Source: Candidatus Fermentibacteraceae bacterium
GTDB lineage: Bacteria > Fermentibacterota > Fermentibacteria > Fermentibacterales > JCC-6
Assembly (NCBI GenBank): GCA_041750285.1
Contig: JBGSZS010000007.1
Location: forward strand, 192,001 to 256,000
Direction of reading: 5' to 3'
DNA length: 64,000 bases
Notes under the pieces: generated by a model
The model's input: the letters and a program-made list of their open reading frames with translations, nothing else
What the model was told of the DNA's origin: nothing
Database searches by the model: none
Position numbers and translations under genes: made by a program
In this document: piece by piece, positions 57,823-64,000 of the stretch
Layout of the letters: each line of letters opens with the position of its first letter
Numbering within the stretch: the first letter of the stretch is position 1

Positions 57823-59102
57823 GACTTGATTCACTGGCGCTGCATCTCGGTGTTTCGGGTGAAACCGACTACACCTTTGACAGGTGCATCATCGATTCCC
57901 GCAGCGCCGGTCCGGAGAGCCTTTTCTTCGCCCTGCCGGGAAGCAGGGCCGACGGACATGACTTCGTTCGCGACGCCCTTGCATCGGGTTCTGCCGCAGT
58001 GGTTTCCCGCGGGGGGTTTTCGGGCCCCGTCCTGCTGGTACCGGATGCCGCTGAAGCGCTTTTTCAGGCCGGGGTATGGGCAAGGTCGCAGTTCTCGTGT
58101 CCTGTGGCCGCGATCACGGGAAGCAGCGGCAAAACCACGACAAGGGAGCTTCTGATGCTCGCTCTGGGTTCGGTGATGAAGGTCGACGGAACCAGGGGAA
58201 ACCTCAACAACAGGCTCGGCCTTCCCCTCTCCCTTCTGAACTCGTCGAAGGATGCGTCCGCTCTGGTTCTCGAACTGGGAATGAACCACGCCGGAGAGCT
58301 TCTGAGCCTGGGCGCAGCTGCCGCACCGGACCTGTCCGTGGTCACCAACGTGGGCACCGCCCACATTGAGTTCTTCGATTCAAGGGACGGCATCGCCCAC
58401 GCAAAGGCGGAACTCCTGAAAACTACAAGACCCGGTGGGATCGCCGTCATACCAGCCGGTGAGCCCATACTTCTCGAAGCCGCGAAGGATAGGGACCTCA
58501 GGGTGCACACCATGGGCCCCGGCGGCGACGCTTGGGTGGAGGACGGCGTTCTCATGCCATGGGGGCTCGTGCCCGGGCTGTCGATCCCGGGAGCGCACAA
58601 TCTAGGGAACGCACTTGCTGCAACGCTCTCGGCTGCGCTTCTGGGCGTCGATCCGGAGAAAGCCGTAAAGGCAATGGAGGGATACCTGGGAATGCCCGGC
58701 CGGGGAAGGGTCCTCAACAGGGCCGGATTCACGGTCTACGACGAAAGCTACAACGCCAATCCCGATTCGACGATGGCCTGTCTGGAACTGCTTGCCGGAT
58801 CACGCGAAAAGGGGATCGCCGTTCTGGGAGACATGCTGGAACTGGGAGGCCTGTCCATCGAAGCTCACCGGCTTGTTCTGGAAAGGGCTCTGGAAATGGG
58901 CCTTCGCCTCGTGATTCTCGTGGGGTCCGAGTTTGGGAGGGTCTTGCGTGCAGGTCAGGGCGCTGCCTGGGTCCCCGATGCCGGAGAGGCCCTTGAACTG
59001 CTCAAGGCGTCCGTACGGGAAGGCGACCGGGTACTCGTGAAGGGAAGCCATTCGATCGGGCTCGATTCAGTGGTCCGCGGGATCGCCGGAGAGGGGTGCT
59101 GA
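57819..59102 (+). CDS. murF: UDP-MurNAc-tripeptide:D-Ala-D-Ala ligase
   Basis: ITGSSGKTTT, NLNN, ELGMNH, DESYNANP, GDMLELG, VKGS. Confidence 0.93.
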   Translation: MRLDSLALHLGVSGETDYTFDRCIIDSRSAGPESLFFALPGSRADGHDFVRDALASGSAAVVSRGGFSGPVLLVPDAAEALFQAGVWARSQFSCPVAAITGSSGKTTTRELLMLALGSVMKVDGTRGNLNNRLGLPLSLLNSSKDASALVLELGMNHAGELLSLGAAAAPDLSVVTNVGTAHIEFFDSRDGIAHAKAELLKTTRPGGIAVIPAGEPILLEAAKDRDLRVHTMGPGGDAWVEDGVLMPWGLVPGLSIPGAHNLGNALAATLSAALLGVDPEKAVKAMEGYLGMPGRGRVLNRAGFTVYDESYNANPDSTMACLELLAGSREKGIAVLGDMLELGGLSIEAHRLVLERALEMGLRLVILVGSEFGRVLRAGQGAAWVPDAGEALELLKASVREGDRVLVKGSHSIGLDSVVRGIAGEGC

Positions 59103-60259
59103 TGTTTTACTGGCTGCTCTACCCTTTGAGGGATGCCACCGGCTTCTTCAACCTTTTCGGCTACATCACCGTCCGCACTGCCGGGGCAACCATCACCGCG
59201 CTGATAACGGGCTTTCTGGTGGCTCCGGGCATCATCCGCATGCTGACACGCAGGCAGATCGGGCAGGAAGTGCGTGATGACGGCCCGAAAAGCCATCTGT
59301 CCAAGCGGGGGACCCCGACGATGGGTGGCGTCATCATCCTTCTCGCGGTCTTTTTCCCCGTTCTGCTGTGGGGCCGTCTGGACAGCACCCCGCTTCTCGT
59401 GGTTCTCACAAGCACTCTCTGGATGGGTCTCATCGGCCTGCTCGACGACTATCTGAAAACGGTCAGGAAGTCGTCCAAGGGACTCGTCGGGCGGTACAAG
59501 CTTCTGGGGCAGTGCGCCCTCGGTCTCGGGATAGGGATCTGGCTCTACTTCACGCCCCCCCAGCCCCAGTACGGTCCCCATGAAGAATCGATCGTTCCGG
59601 GTTTCAGAACCGTCGAGCTGGACTCGGGTGAGATAACCATCTTTTCCACAGAGACTACGGTTCCGTTCTTCAAGGATATCCGGGTGGACTTCGGCATACT
59701 GTACCTTCTGCTCGTGACGCTGGTACTGGCGGGGACGACCAACGCAGTCAACCTGACGGACGGGCTGGACGGCCTCGCCACGGGGGTCAGCCTGATCTCG
59801 ATAATAACCTTCGGCGGTCTGGCGTATTTCCTCGGACATGCCAACTTCGCAAGCTACCTCCAGTTCTCGCACCTTCCCGGGGTGGGGGAACTCACCGTTT
59901 TCAGCGGGGCAATTGCCGGGGCCTGCCTGGCATTCCTCTGGTACAACGCTCCACCTGCACAGATCTTCATGGGCGACACCGGTTCGCTGGCGCTTGGCGG
60001 GGCAATCGGCTCCATGGCGGTCGTGACACGGAACGAGCTGCTGCTTTTCGTGGTGGGAGGGGTGTTCGTAGCGGAGACACTCAGTGTGATGATACAGGTC
60101 TGCCATTTCAGGAGGACCAGGAAGCGCTTCTTCCTGATGGCGCCCATTCACCACCATTTCGAACTCAAGGGCTGGGCGGAGAGCAAGGTCGTGGTCCGCT
60201 TCTGGATCATCGCGGCCATCCTTGGTCTTCTGGGCCTCAGCACCTTCAAGATAAGATAG
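59102..60259 (+). CDS. mraY: phospho-N-acetylmuramoyl-pentapeptide transferase
   Basis: KRGTPTMGG, DDY, NAVNLTDGLDGLA, FMGDTGS, APIHHHFE. Confidence 0.96.
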   Translation: MFYWLLYPLRDATGFFNLFGYITVRTAGATITALITGFLVAPGIIRMLTRRQIGQEVRDDGPKSHLSKRGTPTMGGVIILLAVFFPVLLWGRLDSTPLLVVLTSTLWMGLIGLLDDYLKTVRKSSKGLVGRYKLLGQCALGLGIGIWLYFTPPQPQYGPHEESIVPGFRTVELDSGEITIFSTETTVPFFKDIRVDFGILYLLLVTLVLAGTTNAVNLTDGLDGLATGVSLISIITFGGLAYFLGHANFASYLQFSHLPGVGELTVFSGAIAGACLAFLWYNAPPAQIFMGDTGSLALGGAIGSMAVVTRNELLLFVVGGVFVAETLSVMIQVCHFRRTRKRFFLMAPIHHHFELKGWAESKVVVRFWIIAAILGLLGLSTFKIR

Positions 60260-60267
60260 AAGCAGGG

Positions 60268-61620
60268 GTGAGCGGAATGGCGTACTGGAACCAGGGCAGC
60301 GGAAGAAGGGTGGGCGTTGTGGGACTCGGCATCAGCGGTACAGCCGCCGCCGCCCTTCTGAAATCCCGGGGGTTCACGGTGACGGGGTTCGATTCCTCCA
60401 CAACCGTGGAGAAGCCGGAATCGGTTGACCGGATGGTGACCGGCCCCGGCCTGCCCGGTGAAGTGGAGTCCCTGGACGGCCTCGTGCTAAGCCCCGGGGT
60501 CAACCCGTGGTCGGGGATCGCGGGTGAGGCGAGAAGGCTTGGCATTCCCGTGATAGGCGAGGTCGAACTCGCTGCCGCCAACACGAACGCCGGTATCTAC
60601 GCAGTGACAGGATCCAACGGTAAGACGACCACCTGCGAGTGGCTCGGGTTCCTGCTGAGCCGGGCCGGCTACGGCGCCGTGGTGTGCGGGAACACCGGCT
60701 ACGCTTTCAGCCGCGCCGTGCTCGAGAACCCGGGATCCGAGTCCTACGTTGTGGAGATATCCAGCTACCAGCTCGAGACTGTGGAGCGGTTCCGTCCCAG
60801 GGGGGCGGCGATCCTCAACATCACCCCCGATCACCTGGCAAGGCACGGCTCCATGGAGGGGTACGCCTCGGCGAAAGCCAGGATCTTCCTCAACCAGCAT
60901 TCCGAGGACATCACTGTGCTGAATGGCGATGACCCCAACCTTACCGGGCTTTTCGGAAGGAGCCGGGGAACCGAGATGGTCTTCAGCATGGAAAGGCCAC
61001 AGGACAGCGGTGCGTGGATCGACGGAAGCGGGATGCTTGTCCTCCGCTGGGACGGAGAAACCATGCCCGTGTTGGACAGCGCTCTGATAGGTCTTCCCGG
61101 AAGGCACAACCTCTACAACGCCCTGGCCGTTGCTTGTCTTGCGTACGGGGCGGGTGTGGCACCGAGCGAAATGGTTCAGGGCCTTGTGGAGTTCACGGGA
61201 GTAAGGCACCGGATCGAAACCATCTCAACGAACAATGGGATCACCTGGGTGAACGACTCCAAATCCACCAATCCGGATTCTCTGAGAGTGGCCCTCGAGG
61301 CCGCCTCGAAGCCCGTGATCCTTCTGGCCGGTGGAAGGGCGAAAGAAACCGACTACTCCGAACTGAAAGCACTTGTTTCTTCCCGAACCAGGCTGGTCAT
61401 CCTTTTCGGGGAGGCTGCCCAGATGCTTTCCGAGGCATGGAGCGGCATTCCCGCGCCGATCCTGGAGAGCGACCTTCCCGGCGCTGTGAGTGCCGCGCGC
61501 GCAAGGGCTGTTCCCGGAGACACCGTTCTGCTTTCGCCGGGCTGCGCCAGCTTCGACCAGTACCGCAATTTCGAGGAGCGGGGGGATCATTTCAGGAAAC
61601 TCGTGGAGGATCTGCAGTGA
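60268..61620 (+). CDS. murD: UDP-MurNAc-L-Ala:D-Glu ligase
   Basis: GLGISG, SPG, TGSNGKTTT, EISSYQL, PDHL, NDSKSTN, LSPGCASFDQY. Confidence 0.95.
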   Translation: MSGMAYWNQGSGRRVGVVGLGISGTAAAALLKSRGFTVTGFDSSTTVEKPESVDRMVTGPGLPGEVESLDGLVLSPGVNPWSGIAGEARRLGIPVIGEVELAAANTNAGIYAVTGSNGKTTTCEWLGFLLSRAGYGAVVCGNTGYAFSRAVLENPGSESYVVEISSYQLETVERFRPRGAAILNITPDHLARHGSMEGYASAKARIFLNQHSEDITVLNGDDPNLTGLFGRSRGTEMVFSMERPQDSGAWIDGSGMLVLRWDGETMPVLDSALIGLPGRHNLYNALAVACLAYGAGVAPSEMVQGLVEFTGVRHRIETISTNNGITWVNDSKSTNPDSLRVALEAASKPVILLAGGRAKETDYSELKALVSSRTRLVILFGEAAQMLSEAWSGIPAPILESDLPGAVSAARARAVPGDTVLLSPGCASFDQYRNFEERGDHFRKLVEDLQ

Positions 61621-62723
61621 ACACCCTGACCCGCGACCGGAGCTTTCTTCTCTGGACCACCGGAATCATCATCGTTCTGGGGGTACTGGCGGTCTGGACC
61701 GCAAGCACTTTCGCCTCGATGCGGTACAGTCCGACCGGAGACAGCCTTCATTTCCTCAAGGGCCATCTTTTGAGGATACTCGCGGGTCTGATAGCCGGAT
61801 TCCTCGCCTGGAAAGTGAAGCCGGCGGCAATACAGATCATCGCCGTTCCCGGCTACTTAATCTCTCTTGGTCTTCTGTCACTGACACTGATCATGTCGGG
61901 AAGCAGCATTGCCCCGGTGATCAATGGAAGCAGCCGGTGGCTGATCCTTGGGCCGGTGAGGCTTCTGCCCTCGGAGCTGATGAGGTTCGCATTCGTTCTC
62001 TTCTCGTCGTTCATGGTCTCCCGCGGGAGGTGGGATGCAAGAAAACCCGCCGACATGGCTGTCATGATCGCCAGCGCCCTGCTTCCCATGATGCTCATGC
62101 TGTTTCAGCCCGACTTCTCCGGTGCGGCCTTCATGGGAGCCGTTCTGATGGTGATGCTTCTCCTTGCGGGAGCCAGGTTCAGGCACATGGCCCTTCTGGG
62201 ATTCGTGGCCCTGCTCCTTGCAACGGCTGCCGTGGTCACATCCCCCTACAGGCTCTCGAGGATAACCTCGGGCATGAACGAATCGGAGCTGTCCGGGGGC
62301 AGCTATCAGCCCCACCAGGCCTGCATCGCGCTTGGCAGCGGAGGTCTGCTGGGGCGTGGGCTGGGGAGGGGCAGGCAGCAGCGCGGTTTTCTGCCTGAAG
62401 CGTTCAGTGACTACATACTGGCGGTGATCGGTGAGGAAGCCGGCTTCGTGGGCACGGTTCTGGTCCTGGCCGGGTTGATGGCGATCTGCGCCGCCGGCTG
62501 GAGAATAGCTGCGGGTGCCGACACCCCGTTCTGCTCGATGACCTCCGGAGGCTTCACCTCCATCATCGCGATGGGCATCCTGATACATGCGGGAGTGGTT
62601 ACCAAGCTCCTTCCTCCAACGGGCATTCCCCTTCCCCTCATGAGCTGGGGCGGCACGAGCATAGTCATGACGATGGCCGCGCTGGGGTTCCTCGCCGGAA
62701 CCGCGGGGAGGGCTGAATCATGA
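61617..62723 (+). CDS. ftsW: SEDS peptidoglycan polymerase
   Basis: GTG 61617 overlaps the murD stop; NGSSRW, PSE, QPDF, GSGG, LPEAFSDY, GEE, PPTGIPLPLMSWGG. Confidence 0.92.
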   Translation: MNTLTRDRSFLLWTTGIIIVLGVLAVWTASTFASMRYSPTGDSLHFLKGHLLRILAGLIAGFLAWKVKPAAIQIIAVPGYLISLGLLSLTLIMSGSSIAPVINGSSRWLILGPVRLLPSELMRFAFVLFSSFMVSRGRWDARKPADMAVMIASALLPMMLMLFQPDFSGAAFMGAVLMVMLLLAGARFRHMALLGFVALLLATAAVVTSPYRLSRITSGMNESELSGGSYQPHQACIALGSGGLLGRGLGRGRQQRGFLPEAFSDYILAVIGEEAGFVGTVLVLAGLMAICAAGWRIAAGADTPFCSMTSGGFTSIIAMGILIHAGVVTKLLPPTGIPLPLMSWGGTSIVMTMAALGFLAGTAGRAES

Positions 62724-63766
62724 AGAAAGTGCTCATTGCCGGAGGTGGAACTGGCGGGCACATCGCCCCTGCCCTGGCGGTCGGAAAACGGATCACTTGC
62801 GAAGGCTGGGCCGAGGTTTTCTATGCCGGGACGGAAAGACCGGTCGATGCGGCGATGTACGCCCCCGAGGGGGATCGCGCCCACACCCTCCGAAGCCCGA
62901 GGATAGACAAGGGGGCAAGGGTCCTGCTGCCATTCACGGGAACCGCTGCCCTCCTCAGGGCGGTGAGCCTGCTGAGAGGGCTCGGGTCTGACGCCGTGCT
63001 GGGAACCGGTGGTTACGCCTCGTTCTACTGCGTGGCTGCAGCCTGGCTCTGCGGCATACCCAGTGCAGTTCTCGATACGAATGCCATCCCCGGCCGCAGC
63101 AACAGGCTCGTCTCCAGGTTCGCGAAACTGGCCTTCGCCGCTTTTCCAGGCCAGGAGGGTCTTTTCCACTGCGCAGTGAGAACAGCGGGAATTCCGGTTC
63201 AGGACAGGCCGCGCCCCGTTGGCGCAAGGGCCCGTCTTGGATTCTCCGACGATGACAGGGTCGTTCTCTTCCTCGGGGGAAGTCAGGGCGCCAGAGCGGT
63301 GAACGACCTTGCCATGGCGTGTCCTCCGGGGATAAGTGTGCTGTTGCAGTGCGGCGAGTCGGACGAGAAGAGGGTGAGGGAGCGTGTGAAGGGCCGGGCC
63401 GGTTTCATCGCCGGGGGCTTTCTGGCAGACCTTTCGGACTGGTACGCCGCTGCTGACCTCGCCGTTGCCAGGGCCGGTGCCCAGACCCTTGCGGAGCTCT
63501 CCGGGTTCGGCGTCCCGACGGTGTTCATCCCATACCCCCACGCAGCCGATGACCATCAGGCTGCCAACGCAATGATGGCCGTCAGGGCTGGTGCCGCGCT
63601 CATGAAAAGGCAGGAAACACTTGAGCCGGAAGCATTCTGGATGGAATTGAAGGCGCTTCTGGATGACAGAAGGTCACTTTCTGGCATGGCCCTGGCAATG
63701 AGCGGTCTTCTTCCCCGAAACGCCGCTCAGGTAGTCTCGGAAGAGCTCAGGAGGCTTTGCGGATGA
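62720..63766 (+). CDS. murG: lipid II GlcNAc transferase
   Basis: GGGTGGH, GTGGY, GGSQGA, RAGA, PYP..DHQ..NA. Confidence 0.95.
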   Translation: MKKVLIAGGGTGGHIAPALAVGKRITCEGWAEVFYAGTERPVDAAMYAPEGDRAHTLRSPRIDKGARVLLPFTGTAALLRAVSLLRGLGSDAVLGTGGYASFYCVAAAWLCGIPSAVLDTNAIPGRSNRLVSRFAKLAFAAFPGQEGLFHCAVRTAGIPVQDRPRPVGARARLGFSDDDRVVLFLGGSQGARAVNDLAMACPPGISVLLQCGESDEKRVRERVKGRAGFIAGGFLADLSDWYAAADLAVARAGAQTLAELSGFGVPTVFIPYPHAADDHQAANAMMAVRAGAALMKRQETLEPEAFWMELKALLDDRRSLSGMALAMSGLLPRNAAQVVSEELRRLCG

Positions 63767-64000
63767 AGAGAATCCACCTCATGGGCATCAGGGGAGCGGG
63801 CATGAGCGCCCTGGCGGGCTGGTACGCTTCACTGGGCTGGGAGGTCACGGGTTGTGACCGCGACTCCGGTGATGACGGCGGACCGGCAGGCGCCAGGGTT
63901 TTCCAGGGTCATTCCACCAGCCACCTTGACGGTCAGGATGCCGTCGTTTTCTCAGCCGCGATCCCCGAGACCTCGCCCGAGCTTGTGGAGGCAAGGCGCA
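63763..64000 (+). CDS. murC: UDP-MurNAc:L-Ala ligase, 5' part, runs off the right edge
   Basis: ATGA overlap with murG; MKRIHLMGIRGAGMSALA..VTGCD..GH..VVFSAAIP..PEL; absent from the ORF track. Confidence 0.9.
   Translation, partial: MKRIHLMGIRGAGMSALAGWYASLGWEVTGCDRDSGDDGGPAGARVFQGHSTSHLDGQDAVVFSAAIPETSPELVEARR

Noticed and set aside
1..64000. CRISPR arrays, IS/integrase/phage genes, integron attC sites, rRNA/tRNA
   Set aside because: None seen by eye; the only periodic repeat is the MraZ box array

Overview
GC-rich, gene-dense chromosomal segment from an anaerobic diderm bacterium. FCB-group affinity, possibly Fermentibacterota-like, is inferred only from a C-terminal TWGSIK motif and a T9SS-like tail. 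I found no CRISPR array, tRNA/rRNA or mobile element. In order: an envelope block (LpoA-like lipoprotein, SurA/PrsA-type PPIase, rpoZ, YbbR protein, ADP-heptose rfaE1/rfaE2, GT-C/TPR); a membrane pyrophosphatase with Na+-type signatures; nifU-C and rsmB; [FeFe]-hydrogenase maturases hydG-hydF-hydE plus a ferritin-like gene; 5'-nucleotidase, DUF1846, CPA2 antiporter, iorAB; a GT2-AsnB-FAD oxidoreductase-GT-C glycosylation module; bacterioferritin, ybaN, mgtE; an ArsR-ArsP-thioredoxin-CcdA operon and arsC; rnfCDGEAB-selAB; ugd, a second nucleotide-sugar dehydrogenase, an SLBB protein and wzc; and the dcw cluster from mraZ into murC. Most notable candidates: (1) a 2[4Fe-4S] ferredoxin between a signal-like N-terminus and a T9SS-type C-terminal sorting domain; (2) a Na+ (DUF1646-class) riboswitch-like leader with terminator before rnfC; (3) an acidic, Pro-Pro-Pro-containing leader ORF before mgtE; (4) the TWGSIK C-terminal motif. 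All calls come from reading the sequence; no database searches were run.
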